Part shown: piece by piece, positions 26,284-41,007 of the stretch | Position numbering within the stretch: the first letter of the stretch is position 1 | Layout of the letters: each line of letters begins with the position of its first letter | Assembly: GCF_006345805.1 (NCBI RefSeq) | Contig: NC_043000.1 | Location: 102,734,001-102,798,000, forward strand | Reading direction: 5' to 3' | Length of the DNA: 64,000 bases | Source of the DNA: Octopus sinensis | Taxonomy: Eukaryota | Program-made: the position numbers and the translations under genes | Notes under the pieces: model-generated | What the model was told of the DNA's origin: nothing | Database searches by the model: none | The model's input: only the letters and a program-made list of their open reading frames with translations

Positions 26284-26577
26284 TATGACGGAGCGAAATA
26301 GACAGAGGAAATAGGGTGATAAGGTAAGAGAGAAAATGGCAAAGACGGAAAGCTGAATAGAGATACATAGAGAAATAGAATTCCTTTAATAGACACACCA
26401 CATCAATGCTTCTAGTGAAGAATACATGGTAACATACCTTCTTATTAATGATTTTGTAAATTAATACAGACGTACAAATATTGGTTTCAAAGTTTGGCAC
26501 AAGCCAACAATTTCAGATAGGGTGTAAGTCAGTTCCATCTCAATTGGTACTCATTTTATCGACCCCCTTTTTTTTTC

Positions 26578-27000
26578 AAGTCTGCGCTGGCTTGGTCATG
26601 TATATCACATGCCGGACGAGAGGATCCCAAAAGACCTGTATGGCGAATTGGCTACCGGCACAAGAGCAATCTCATCTTCGTTTCAAGGACGTTTGCAAGG
26701 GAGATATATAAAGTCAATAGGTCTGGACGTTCTATGATGAGAAGAGGTTGCAAATGATCGCCCACGTTGGATGCAAATGCTACGCCAGGGGAAAAGAAAC
26801 TGGAACTTGCCACCAAAGAAAAGCGCATTTGAAGAAAGGAAAAGTTTGATAGCGCCGGTGGAGAGCTTCTTCAAATGCAGTCGCTGTATGACTGCCACTC
26901 CTGTGTGAGCCCGTACGGCCACAGCAGACGCTGCACCGCTGTCAGCAGCTGACACAAATTCTCCGGGTCCAGATCCATGGTCTCCCGAAAACGACGTATG
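26578..27000 (+). mobile_element. Degenerate RTE LINE 3' fragment
   Basis: LRWLGHVYHMPDERIPKD..YGELATG..LRFKDVCK and a C-terminal Cys/His knuckle. Confidence 0.8.
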
Positions 27001-27141
27001 CTTATCTATAAAGGATGAAAGGTAATGTCGACCTCAGCTGAATTTGAACTCAGAACGAAATACCGCTTAGTATTTTGTCCGGTACAGAGGTACAAATATT
27101 GGAAAGAGTCTTCTTATATTTTCATATATCTGTTTCAAACT

Positions 27142-27181
<40 letters not shown>

Positions 27182-27221
27182 TGGTGTCCCAGCATGGCCG
27201 CGGTCTAATAACTGAAACAAG

Positions 27222-27285
<64 letters not shown>

Positions 27286-29047
27286 GACGGGCTTCCATAA
27301 ACTTCCTGTCTATCTAATTCACTCACAAGGCATTGGTCGACTCGACCAGGGCCTGTAGTAGAAGACACTTGCCCAAGGTGACATGCAGTGAGACTGAACC
27401 CAAAACCATGTTCTTCTAAAGCGATCTTTAGCTTTGATTGATGGGGAGAGGTTGTAGCCCCTCGATGAACCGTGGAGAAAAGGACGTTGTGAGTAATTCC
27501 CCTATGGCCCTTCTCAAGGCACTCTGCAGACAATACTGGTGAAAAGAAAACGCGGCAAGATAGGAGAATCGTTAGCAAGCTTGGTAAAATGCTTAGCGGC
27601 GTTTCGTCCATTTTTACGTTCTGACTTAAAATTCTGCTTAGCTCTACTTTGCTTTTCATCTTTTCAGAGTCGATAAAATAAGTACCAGTTGATGTAATCG
27701 ACTTACCAAAGGCACTCAAGATGCCAGGTGGTTGTGTTAAACTGGACGATGAGTTAAGTCTATTATCCAAACAGAGAATTGCGGAATTAGAACTTAGAAC
27801 GCAAAGAGATGGTATCTGGTCCGACGTATTTACAGTTCCACCCATCTATTGATTTGGATTGGTATTTTTTTTTATCGAACCCGGAAGGATAAAAGGCAAA
27901 GGTGACCTCGATAGAATTTGAAATTAGAGCATAGCCAAAGTCAACGCTCTAACGACTATGCCCGTTCGCCGCCTTTTCACGTTCATATCATGGTTTGAAG
28001 AGATGACCGAAATCTGTGCTTTCTAGAGGAGCCTTAACGCAGTCAGTCAACCAATTAGGAATAGCAGTCAAATCTCCCTCAAATCACAATCCATTGTCCT
28101 GGAGAAGTAATGAACGCACACTGGATAATTAAATCCCATATACTCTAAAAAAGAAGGATGGTCATGCCTGGAACTCATTTGAACATATATTTTCAAGTTT
28201 CATCCTTTACTTGCTTCTGTCATTGGACTGCGGCCATGCTGGTGTACCAACTTGAATAAAACGGCCCCAGAACTTGTTTTTTTTAAAGCCTGCTGTTGCT
28301 GTTGAGCGAACGGTCTTCGTCCCAGAGCTCGCAAGATGGGAGAAGTCCGAAACGTGGTCCTTTGCTATTCGTAAGACCCGCAGAAGAGAAAGCAGGCCAA
28401 TCCCCGACACCGAGAGCATCGACGGATGGATGAATGCGCATCCAGGCTCAACGGTTGCGTAGGAAGTCGGGGACAAGAAACAGGAAGAAAGGGTGAGAGA
28501 AAGTTGGAGCGAAAGAGTACAACAGGGGTCGCCACCACTCCCTGCCGGAGCCTCGTAGAACATTAGATGTTTTCGCTCAATAAACACACACAACGCCCGC
28601 TGCTCTAACCACTGGGCTATTGTGCCTCCACTGCTGTTGCTGTTTGGTCAGCACTGGGCAATTGTAAAAAAAAAAAAGAAAAGACTTAGCCCTCGGCTAT
28701 AGTAACAGGTTATTTAACCAGCTTACTGTGCAGTGGGACTGAACCTGAAACCACATAGCTGGGAAGCAAGCTTCTGTTTGCAAATCAAAATTAAACATTG
28801 ATTACTTACTTATTCTGACTGCGCATGCTCACTGTCACACGTGAACTGGAGTATGCTCTATTAAACATATTCCAGTTCTATAAAACATCGAACGAAATAA
28901 ACTCTCACACTATCCAAGTTTTATTACTCTCCATCCTGATTTCAAATTTCATCAATGTGGGATGCTGCCCTTCGTTCCACGAAGTGGTGTTGAAATACGT
29001 ATCGGTAATATACGAAGAAGGTCAATCCAAACTGCTTGCGCGCGCGT

Positions 29048-29085
<38 letters not shown>

Positions 29086-29223
29086 TACTACCACCTATTT
29101 TTTTAAGTTAGTTGCTTTGAGTATAGTTCAGCAGAAATTATTTTACGGCTTGAATTCATTGTAGAGAAATGAGTCAACAGCGAGCAACACACTCCGCACA
29201 TTAAATAAATAAACAAACAAATA

Positions 29224-29254
<31 letters not shown>

Positions 29255-29889
29255 AGAAGGCTTGAAAAGTAAATCTGAAAAAAAAAATGGAAAACGGAAT
29301 AAGTAGGTGTTGTTAATTGAGACATTAATATTTATAGCCAAGTTCGCTTTTCTCCCTCATCCAACTAACTTCAGAGAATAGAACAACACAGAAAAACGAT
29401 GAGTCGAGAATTTATTTATTTGTTTATTGCATACTAATAAAAGTAAATACTCTTAAAATAAATAAATAAATATATGTGTATGACACCTGGTGTAGAGAGA
29501 TGCGAATGCGTGTTGAATTCACAGTCGGATGAATCCAGATTTTTATGTTAAACTATTCTATGCAGCATTGACCAAGATTTAATAGATAATTTTCGCTCAG
29601 GCGTCATCTTGGGTTGAAGCAAAGTGGGACGGGCCCAGTATCTGGCGCCACAAATCCGAGACAAGACACTGTGTAAAAGATGTTTATTCATGCATAAGGT
29701 ATCCCTCCCATCAGCTGGGGGGTGTCCGACATTGACACACGGTTACCAACAATCAATGTCAAGTCACAAACAGTGTAAATGAGAGAAAAAATAAAATAAA
29801 ATTCCATTTCTACGATTTACACTTTCGATTAGTGACTGATTCGGTCGACCAGTCTTGTTCAGTTATAATTCCATTCACATGTGGGATGC

Positions 29890-30300
29890 AGGCGCAGGCG
29901 TGGTTATGTGGTAAGAAGTTTGCTTACCAACCACATGGTTCGGGTTCAGTCCCACTGCGTGGCACATTGGGTAAGTATTTTCTACTATAGCCTCTGGTCG
30001 ACTAAAGCCTTGTGAGTGGATTTGGTAGACGGAAACTGAAAGATGCCTATCGCATATGTATGACATACACACTCACACACACGTGTATATGTGTGTGTGT
30101 ATTTGTCTCCCCTCCCCAGTGCTTCACAACTGGTGTTGGTGTGTCAAACACCCCCATAACTTAACGATTCGGCAAAAGAGATTGATAGAATAAATACTAG
30201 GCTTTTAAAAAATAAGTACTGGGGTCGATTCGTTCGACTAGAATTCTTCAAAGTGATGCTCCAGCATGGTCAGTCTAATGACTGAAACGAATAATAAATG
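29890..30300 (+). mobile_element. SINE family A
   Basis: Consensus head, core and tail. Confidence 0.8.
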
Positions 30301-30659
30301 AAAGACTAGCAAATCTAGTATTTGACAACTACTTAATTGTATCGACCCGACCCAAAGACACCCAAGAATGACAACAGGTAAAGCTGACTTCGGCTGGATT
30401 TGAACTCAGGACGCGATTTCAAGAGACGTAAAGCCAAAAACAGAAGAAAAAAAATTCAGAAGAAACTGGGAGGTGAAAATAAGTTGTGGTGGCAGAAATT
30501 ATACTGGAATATTGTTGGAACTGGATAAGTTGTGTATGATCTGTTCAGTTTCACTCACAGATTTTGTAATTGTTTTTAAAAAACTAAACAGTTTGAAACT
30601 TCGTATACTGGTGTTATTTCTCACACCGAACACAGTTTATGACAAAATATCGTATTTTA

Positions 30660-31175
30660 GAAGTTATTTCGTATTGAAGTTGTCGTATTTGGGTAATTTT
30701 AACCAATCAGAGACGTGTATTTATTTAGTTGAAGAAAGCTACTGCTGTTTGCGATAGTAATCGAAGCGGAACAGGTTCCGGGTCATCTCTACTAAATATC
30801 ACCACTCTGTTCTATTCGTATGTCAAGCTAAGGGCCGCAAGAAAGACGATGCCACCTTTATCCTTTCTTCCATTCTAGTCAGCACCATGCATTCCTTACT
30901 CTTTCACTCTCTACTGGCAGAGAGCCACTTCTACACTATCAACTCTATGTTTACTGGTAACTCCGACGCGAGAACCAAAAAAAAGTGTAATATGCAACAC
31001 AGACAGTAAACAAACAAAATATAACAGAGTGGTGACATCTGGTAGAGATGACCCGGAGTTGTTCCTCTTCAATTACTATCGCAAACAGCAGTAACTTTTT
31101 TCAGCTGAATACACGTCGTTGATTAGTTAAAATTACCCGAATACGACAACTTTAGCACGAAACAACTTCAGCAGA
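30660..31175. mobile_element. Fold-back / MITE-like element with ~155 bp imperfect inverted arms
   Basis: 30660-30815 is an approximate reverse complement of 31020-31175. Confidence 0.7.
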
Positions 31176-33112
31176 CTTATGACCAAATGTATTCTAGCCA
31201 TCATCATCACGGCATTTTAGAGATATGTAGGGATTCTGTTACCTAATATGTCTTGACATTATATAAGACCAAATTTTGTTTTTTTTTCATCATATTTAAT
31301 TAAAATCCTTGATCAAAAGTGTAGACCACACTTTCGACTGAACAAAGCACATTTTAGGAGTTCATGTGTAAAAGCCATTGTTGTTATTCCGTCCTTGGTT
31401 AGTCTTGACTGGGCAAATCTGTGATCAAAAGTATTCTAACTATGACCATCCCGTCTTTTTAAGGATATGTATGAGTGCATAATATCTAATGCGTCATTAT
31501 GGTATGTAACCATATTTTGAAGGTTATCTCTTATCTTTTACTTGCTTCAGTCATTTGACTGCAGCCATACAGGGACAATGCCTTGAAGGGTCTTAGTCAA
31601 ACACATTGACTCCAGTAGTTTTTTAAAACCCAATTACCTATCCTATTGGTCTCTTTTGCTGGACTGCTAGGTTATGCGGATGTAAACAAGCCCAGACCAG
31701 TTGCTAAGCGGTGAGGAACAAACACAAAGATGCGCGTGTGCACACAATCACACACACACGCGCGCGCGCGCGAATAAAAGTGGTTTAGGTGTTGCACTCA
31801 CGGTCGCAAGATTGTTATCTCGCTTCTCGGACCGAGGGGTACGTTATGCTCTTGAGCAAAAACACATCCTTTTATGTTGTTCCAACCCACTCAACAGTAA
31901 ATGAGCAACTCTGCAACGGATTGGCGTCCCGTTCAGGGGTAGAGCGCAGGTGATTTCGGTCACTTATACGCCAGAGTAACTTCGACAGAATCACTCTAAC
32001 CAGTTTAAAAGCGAATAAGTTTTCTATTTTCTGCTATCTATTATCTTCTTGTACACATTTTCACTTTATAAACACGAACACATGAACGTACATTTTTTTA
32101 TAAAACTTTCTTCAACACATTACTCTATGAATTACATTATCACAACACATTTGTGTAAACTAACCTCGTCTGTTATTGTAAACAAAGATTTTCTGAATTC
32201 TGTCCATTCACCTGGAGGTTCCAGGACTACAGAACTACAGGACTACACGTTATACTTTTCAGTATAACGTGGAGTATTTTTGAGAAGGTCCTTCTTACTC
32301 ACCCGGAACGTGCAACTGTCGTTTCGGTTCGTGTGAAAAATTCCACATAATGCCACAGCCAGTTGCAGCCTTTAAAAAGAAACCTAGTCTTATGGTTACC
32401 ACCAGCAGTGCTACTAATTATCTCAAGTCATTAGCTATTCATAATGCTATCCTATAAATTTTGGATGGAATTTTAATTTCATCGGAATTTCTTACGTAGA
32501 CAAGGGATAATTTTTTTTATTCATTTGCATAGAATTACTTTCCATTCATCCGAAGTCATTGGGTCACTCACGGATTTTACGGTTTGACCCAAATTCTCCT
32601 CTTAGACATGTGAAAATATATACTGGGTTGTGAATGATGTCATTGAATCATAGGATGCATGCATTTCCGTGTTTTGTTCGTCAGCTACATACACCAAATC
32701 TGTCATTCACAGTTCGGTAAGAACAAATTTATTCTTATTAAAACATCATGCGTTTGTTTGTGAGCGTAAAGCTTTGTAAACAAAAGAAACTAATTAAATA
32801 ATTTTGCACGAAGCAGCATTGAATAGAATGTACACGCTCGAGTACTTTCGGACGTGTGAAGACTGCCTGCTGCGGTGATAGTCCCAGGAGAAAATTCTCC
32901 TCCTAGTCGACGTGCATTATTGGGTTGGGAATTATAGATTTAATAGCCATAATAGTCAGGACAAAAGAACACAGAAACGCATACGCCCTACGATCCAATA
33001 TTTAAAACAAAGTTTATTTTAAGTATCAACGTGAAACAATCTCATCCGAAGAAGCCAGCGATGATTGGTGATGGTAAATAATAAATGCAAAATTTACCCA
33101 AAGCGGAATAAG

Positions 33113-33535
33113 CGGATCTTTTCGGTTTGAACGGCAGTTTTTTCTAGCGGTGTCATATGAAATTGTCACCCATAATTATGACCCTAGTATCGATTTATTG
33201 CATTTCAATCTGTTTTAGAGTGAGGGTTAGTTAGGGTTAAGGGGGGGGGGGTATTTTTTTTCTTCAGAAATGTAAATAAACCCAATCTGTTTCTTAAACA
33301 AGGGACATATTCATACGGCACAGAATGTTTTCACCTCAATAGACGTCATTGATTGGTTGAAATTGCAGAAATTGAAGAAAAAAACAACAAATATCTTACA
33401 AACTATAAAATTTTCTCAATAAAGCCAAGAGAAAAAGATGTTTTATAAACACATTCTACCAGTATACGAAGTTTAAAAGTGTTTAGTTACATGGAAATTA
33501 TTTTTAAAAACTGCCGTTCAAACCGAAAAGATCCG
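33113..33535. mobile_element. MITE with 30-bp TIRs and 6-bp TSD (AATAAG)
   Basis: TIR cggatcttttcggtttgaacggcagttttt at both ends. AATAAG at 33107-33112 and 33536-33541. Confidence 0.9.
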
Positions 33536-34299
33536 AATAAGCTATATGAGATTCGGAAAGAATCGATGAAATCTTACGTAATGGACAGGAATCCTGTTTT
33601 AAAAGTTGTTGATTTTTTTAAACTCCTTCACTGCGAAATTAAATTTCACGGTTATTTTAGTAATGATATTAAATATCTATCAAAAAATAGAATTGGTATT
33701 TTCTGCAAGTTACGTTGCTTCAATAAACTTCACATACCTCAAAAAAAAAAAAAAAAAAGATTAAAATACAACATTGCTCAACAAAAGACTAGACTGGTAT
33801 ATAAAACTGCTTTCGGCAGTTAAGAGTAATGAAATTTTGAGAGGGTATATCTTATTTTCGCAGTAAAAGAGTTAAGAATGGTATTATTTGAAACTGCAGA
33901 TGGTTAATCTGATAGAGTGCCTAGACTTTGAGTCAAATACCTTTGTGGTTCATAACCTGTGTCCTGGGTCAAGCTCAGATAGATGTAAAGGGAGTCAGTA
34001 CAGTTCAGCGGCGGCTGAAAGCTGAAGAACATAATTGATGAGTTTTGTATAACTTGCACAAAGAAATTCACTCTTTCCGCAGATATATATATATAGCCTG
34101 AAGAGTTATGAGACCGGTGAACCTACTGGAAATAGCAGACAACTTTCCTTCAAATCTCACTTTATCTTAAATAAAGAAATTATCAGATAATTTAGTCCTA
34201 CATACCACGAAACAAACAATAGGACTGACACGACAGAATTGCCTCTAATTACAGGCTTGTTCCAGGGCATCTGTGTTGAGACAAAATTCATCAGTTGTT

Positions 34300-34640
34300 A
34301 CTCTCTCTTTTACTTGTTTCAGTCATTTAACTGCGGCCATGCTGGAGCACCACCTTTAGTCGAGCAAATCGATCCCAGGACTTATTCTTTGTGAGCCTAG
34401 TACTTTTGCTGAACCACTAAGTTACGGGGACGTAAACACACCAGCATCGGTTGTCAAGCGATGTAGGGGGGGGGGTACAAACACAGACAAACATATGTAT
34501 ATACATATATACGACGGGCTTCTTTCAGTTTCCGTCTATCAAATCCACTCACAGGCTTAAGTCGGCCCGAGGCTATAGTAGAAGACACTTGCCCAAGGTG
34601 CCACGCAAGCTACTTACCATACAGCTACTCCTGCGCCTTT
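34300..34640 (-). mobile_element. SINE family A with internal deletions
   Basis: Matches consensus. Confidence 0.8.
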
Positions 34641-34774
34641 CCACTGGATACACATTTTAAAATACATTACACTTGGTATCTATATGATTGTATATTAATA
34701 TTGTATATTAATAATAGTAATGTAACAGATTGTCAATGCTCCCTGCATTAAATAGGCTAAAACTAACGTAATTC

Positions 34775-35190
34775 TCTTTTACTCTTTACTCTTTTACTTG
34801 TTTCAGTCATTTGACTGCGGCCATGCTGGAGCACCACCTTTAGTCGAGCAAATCGACCCCGGGACTTATTCTTTGTAAGCCCAGTACTTATTCTATCGGT
34901 CTCTTTTGCCGAACCGCAAAGTGACGGGGACGTAAACACACCAGCATCGGTTGTCAAGCAATGCTGGGGGACAAACACAGACACACAAACATATACACAC
35001 ACACTTATATATATATATACATATATACGACAGGCTTCTTTCAGTTTCCGTCTACCAAATCCACTCACAAGGCATTGGTCGGCCCAGGGCTATAGCAGAA
35101 GACACTTGCCCAAGATGCCACGCAGTGGGACTGAACCCGGAACCATGTGGTTGGTTAGCAAGCTACTTACCACACAGCCACTCCTGCGCC
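34775..35190 (-). mobile_element. SINE family A, full-length
   Basis: Matches consensus, CpGs largely intact. Confidence 0.9.
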
Positions 35191-35914
35191 TAATTGTTGT
35201 TTTCCGTATGGATGCCATTTTTGAATTTGGAAATAATTCCGTTTTTGTCTGCCAAACAGCGCAAACAGTTGTATATTTACTTAATAGCTAACTCTTTCAA
35301 AAAGCAAGAGTCGTTAGTCCGTGCTTTGCTGATGAGGTCGTGTGCGTAAGCATAATTGTAAACAACATTAATTGTAAACAAATGCCACCGTAAATCAAAG
35401 CATGCTCGTTCGTTTGCAAGACTAGGAGAAATATTACCTAGGTTGAATGGTAAAGGCTGGCAACAGGAAAGGCATCCGGCCGTAAAAAATCTGCCCCAAC
35501 GAATTTTCTCAGATCCATTCAACCATTGGAAAAGTAGACGTTAAAACGAAAATGTTGGTCAGTATTGCTGATATGGTCATGTTCATAAGTATATATGTAT
35601 ATTTGTTATTGTAAACAACTTTAATTAAAAAAAACAAAACACGCACTGTGAATCAAAGCAGTGTCATTGGTTTTGCAAGACTGGGAAAGATTACCTTGCC
35701 TGAGAAGTGGAGGTTGGCAACATGAAGAACACCATCATTGTAAATTCGCCTCAAAAGATTTCGTCTGACACATGAAAGCACAGAAAAGTAGACGTTAAAT
35801 CGAAAATATCGGTCAATAACCAATATTGCCTTTTCCTCACCGCAAAGTTATTTTCAGTTTGAATTTAAATGTTCCTTGCATTAAATATGTCAAACACTCT
35901 AATTCAGTTATTAT

Positions 35915-36134
35915 ATACTCTTTTACTCTTTTACTTGTTTCAGCCATTTGATTGCGGCCATGCTGGAGCACCACCTTTAGTCGAGCAACTCGACCCCGGG
36001 ACTTATTCTTTGTAAGCCCAGTACTTATTCTATCGGTCTCTTATGCCGAACCGCAAAGTGACGGGGACATAAACACACCAGCATCGGTTGTCAAGCGATG
36101 TTGGGGGGACAAACACGACACACAAACATACACG

Positions 36135-36170
<36 letters not shown>

Positions 36171-36341
36171 CATATATACGATGGGCTTCTTTCAGTTTTC
36201 CGTCCACCAAATCCACTCACAAGGCTTTGGTCGGCCCAAGGCTATAGTAGAAGACACTTGCCCAAGGTGCCACGAAGTGGGACTGAACCTGGAACCATGT
36301 GGTTGGTAAGCAAGCTACTTACCACACAGCCACTCCTGTGC
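35915..36341 (-). mobile_element. SINE family A, full-length
   Basis: Matches consensus, CpGs largely intact. Confidence 0.9.
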
Positions 36342-37815
36342 CTACTATACACTATATTTGAAAATATTAGCCTGCAGCTTTGCCTGAGGAAACATGTATG
36401 CAGAATCCTAAGTTCTATAACAACATTATATCGTTTATCTTGTTTCAGTCATTGGAATGCGACCATGGTGGTGGCACATCTTTCAAGGGATTTGTTGAAT
36501 AAATCAATCCCGGTACTTGTTTTTAATCTGGTACTTATTCTATTGGAACAAAATCGTCTCCACTGTTCGGTTTTTGATCCTAACTTTGACCCTCCATAAA
36601 TCACAAATTTTATTTTGGTACTTATAGGAGCAACTGTTTTCCATGACTCATATTGTCGTTCAATGCTCGAAATGAGGAGCAAATAGACATTCAACAACTG
36701 ATGAAGGGTCGTTCTTTATGTTACTTGTCCTGTTTTCCATTTGTATCTCTCGTTGTTTGCGTATTGAACCCATTTGTTTTCGCATTAAATTTTGTTTACT
36801 GTTGATGACGCCCTGTACCCATATATGCATGTGTATGTATATATATATATATATATATATATGTACATATGTATATGTATGTGTATATATATGTATATAC
36901 ATTATTTATATTATTATTTGATTGAACGCTACATGCATCCATTTCCAAGTATATATACACACACGCATATATAGATTAACTGAAATGTATAGTATTAAAT
37001 ATCCATCACAGCTGATCTTACCAACTGGTTTCGGGTAAAGAGTACAATGGAGTGTTAGGTAACAGACTGGTTATATAACTTTACACTCATCAGAGTTAGC
37101 CAATATTGAAGGGTGTAATATATATGTGAATGGCATCTTTCAGTTTGACACTTATCTATGGTGCTAAGCAGTGGGACTGAACTCAAAACCATATGGTTGG
37201 GAAGCAAACTTCATTTCACAGAGAAATAAAAACTTCCTTTATTCTAGAAATAACAAAGAAAGTGAAAATCCAGACGACAAAAGGATATCATCACCATCAT
37301 CCTTTAATGTCTGCTTTCCACACTGACATGTGATGGGTGGTTTGACTGAGAATTGGTAAGCCGGAGAGCTGCAGCAGGTTCCAGGTTGATTTGGCATGTT
37401 TTCTACAGCTGGATTCCCTTCCTAATGTCAACCACATTCGAGGGTGTACGGGGTGTTTTTAATGTGCCACTGGCATGTCATATATATTTATTTATATGAA
37501 ATGAAGAAAAAGCTCATGATTAAGAAAATTTTCCGTAAATTTTAATGCAAATGAGAAAGGAAAAAATATTTCGCTGAGTTTGACAGAAATTTTGAATGTA
37601 TTATTTTCTTGTCTTTTGATGATAAGTATTTGTGTTATGACACAATAGGTTACATGTTATTTACCAAATATCAATTTTTAGGTCACAGATGATATGATTA
37701 ACAAAAAAAATTCATTATAGCATTCGGTATGTATTTCTTGTAAAAATATACACACATTGTCATTATATATATGTACATATACATTATGTACATACATATA
37801 TATAAGATATATACA

Positions 37816-37839
<24 letters not shown>

Positions 37840-37859
<20 letters not shown>

Positions 37860-38147
37860 TTATATATATGTATAAATACATATATGTATGAATACATATA
37901 TGTACATATGAATACATATATGTACATATGTATATATATATATATGCATATATATATATGTACATATGTATATATATATGTGTGTGTGTATGAGGTGAAG
38001 CAAATAAAGTTTGTATTAGAAAATGTGTACAAGATCAGTGAAAAGCACCAAGTTTTGATTCCAAGAAAGGTAAAGAAAAGCAATGATTTGAGATAAAAAT
38101 ACCCACATACACACACACAGATATATATACACATATATAAATATATA

Positions 38148-38195
<48 letters not shown>

Positions 38196-38807
38196 TACAT
38201 ATATATATATATGATATATAAAAATACCTCATTAACCCAACAATGAAGACCAAAATAAGCACTGTGTATGGGGTAGGTGGGTTTGTGGGTAGAAATGGTG
38301 GATGTGGGTAGGTATAGTCAGGAAGGGTGGAGAAAAACAATCTGTTGGGCAATGGAATTTAGGTGGGGGATTGTCAAAAGCCAAAAGCACCAAATGTTAA
38401 CCATTATGTCAGGTCTTTTATTTCTGGTTTTGTATGTAGGTACGTGCGCGTGCGCACACACACACACACACGGATATATATGTATATATATATATATATA
38501 TAATATATATATATATATATGTATTATATATATGTATAAATACATATATGTATGAATACATATATGTACTATGAATACATATATGTACATATGTATATAT
38601 ATATATATGCATATATATATATGTACATATGTATATATATATGTGTGTGTGTATGAGGTGAAGCAAATAAAGTTGTATTAGAAAATGTGTACAAGATCAG
38701 TGAAAAGCACCAAGTTTTGATTCCAAGAAAGGTAAAGAAAAGCAATGATTTGAGATAAAAATACCCACATACACACACACAGATATATACACATATATAA
38801 ATATATA

Positions 38808-38847
<40 letters not shown>

Positions 38848-39168
38848 GATATACATATATATATATATGATATATAAAAATACCTCATTAACCCAACAAT
38901 GAAGACCAAAATAAGCACTGTGTATGGGGTAGGTGGGTTTGTGGGTAGAAATGGTGGATGTGGGTAGGTATAGTCAGGAAGGGTGGAGAAAAACAATCTG
39001 TTGGGCAATGGAATTTAGGTGGGGGATTGTCAAAAGCCAAAAGCACCAAATGTTAACCATTAAGTCAGGTCTTTTATTTCTGGTTTTGCATGTAGGTACG
39101 TGCGCGTGCGCACACACACACACACACGGATATATATGTATATATATATATTATATATATATATATAT
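37840..39168 (+). repeat. Tandem duplication, ~660 bp unit x2, TA-microsatellite bounded
   Basis: gaggtgaagcaaataaag recurs at about 37992 and 38654. Units are nearly identical. Confidence 0.9.
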
Positions 39169-39539
39169 TTACATTTAGTCAATTCAAATGAATGATTAAA
39201 AAACGAATAAAAAGAATGAACGTGCACAAGCAATGTATTGGTTTGACACTCAGTGAAAGGAGAGAGTTATCTATATACACACATACATATATATATGTAT
39301 ATACATAGTTAATCCAAACAAGAAAGCACAAAAAAACACTACAATGCGAGGACGTGGAACAAATATAGTATTATTGGATGCTCAGGAAAGAAGGAGGGTT
39401 TAACGTTTCAAGCGGAGCTCTTCGTTGGAAACATAGGAGAAGGAAAGATCCAGAGAAGGGAAGACAGGGGAAAAAAAATCGCCAACGGTACACACGAGGT
39501 CACATTTTGAATGTATATATATACATACATACATGTATA

Positions 39540-39822
39540 TATGTATTCTTTTAATATGGTCATGCTGAAGCACCACCAGGACTTATTCTTTGTAAACCTA
39601 ATAATTATTCTATTGGTCTTTTTTCTGAACCACTACACATACACACACACACGCACACACATATACGATGGGCTTCTTTCAGTTTCCGTCAGCAAAATCC
39701 ACTCACAAGGCTTTGGTCAACCCGAAGTTATAGTAGAAGACACTTGCCCAAGGCACCATGCAGTAGGACTGAAACCGGAACCAAGTGGTTGGGAAGCAAA
39801 CTTCTCACCAAACAGCCACTCT
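39540..39822 (-). mobile_element. SINE family A, partly CpG-decayed
   Basis: Consensus with deletions and CpG transitions. Confidence 0.75.
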
Positions 39823-40149
39823 TGACAGACACACACACACACAGACACACACACATGTATAGATGTTTAAAATAAACAAAAAAAAATGAGGGGGCTGTAG
39901 GTGTGGAGGGAAAAAAGGAAGAAAAAAGAAATTAAAATTAGAGTTGGTAGAGACAAACTCACATATATACCAGACTAACGCAGAAACATATGTAAGTCAC
40001 ACTACTATGCATCTGCGTCATACAAAAATTGTTGTTTTGTAGCTTTTGTATTTCTAAAAAAATCTAAACAAGAAATCTCTGAGAAATCTATATATACATA
40101 TACATATACATACAAACAAACAAATATATATATATGTATATATATATAA

Positions 40150-40240
<91 letters not shown>

Positions 40241-40379
40241 TATATACATATATATATATATGTACATATACATATATATATATATACCTGTATATATACA
40301 CACGCACACACATATACATACATTACATACATATATATATATCATCATCATCATCATCATATATATATATACATATAAG

Positions 40380-40433
<54 letters not shown>

Positions 40434-40739
40434 CGCATATGTCCATGTACATATTTATCAAATTAAGCACACAACTGAAAGAGCTACTAATAGTTTCATG
40501 CTATTATGATACTTGAGCAGGCATATTTATAAAACATACCATGTATCTTAAACCAATCTTTAAAGCTCTGTTTATGTGTTATATATAATTCTTGAATATG
40601 TACATATTTAAATATATTATTATACAATTTTATATAGAGGTTGTTAACTTTAACAATACTCAGAAACAGGCTAGAATTGAAGTGCTCAAATTGAGCTAAG
40701 TTCCAATTTATAATTTGAATGGAGGCAAGATATTTAAAT

Positions 40740-40740
<1 letters not shown>

Positions 40741-40773
<33 letters not shown>

Positions 40774-40968
40774 CACGAAGCTTTGTCAGTGAACAGGTCG
40801 CGGTCTCAAAGCGACGAAAATATTTTGACAAATTGAATTTAAATGTTTAAGTGAATCTAACGGTTTTGTGTGTTTCTTAAATGGCTTATAAACACTTCCA
40901 CACTGCAATTGTTTTCGTTCCAGCACACGATCTCAGATCAAGTCACTTGCTACGCAAGTACATCTCTG

Positions 40969-41007
<39 letters not shown>

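Noticed and set aside
27135-27845. 236-aa minus-strand ORF
   Set aside because: Runs through SINE fragments and TA repeats. No coding signature.
35952-36599. 215-aa plus-strand ORF
   Set aside because: Antisense reading of a SINE A copy.
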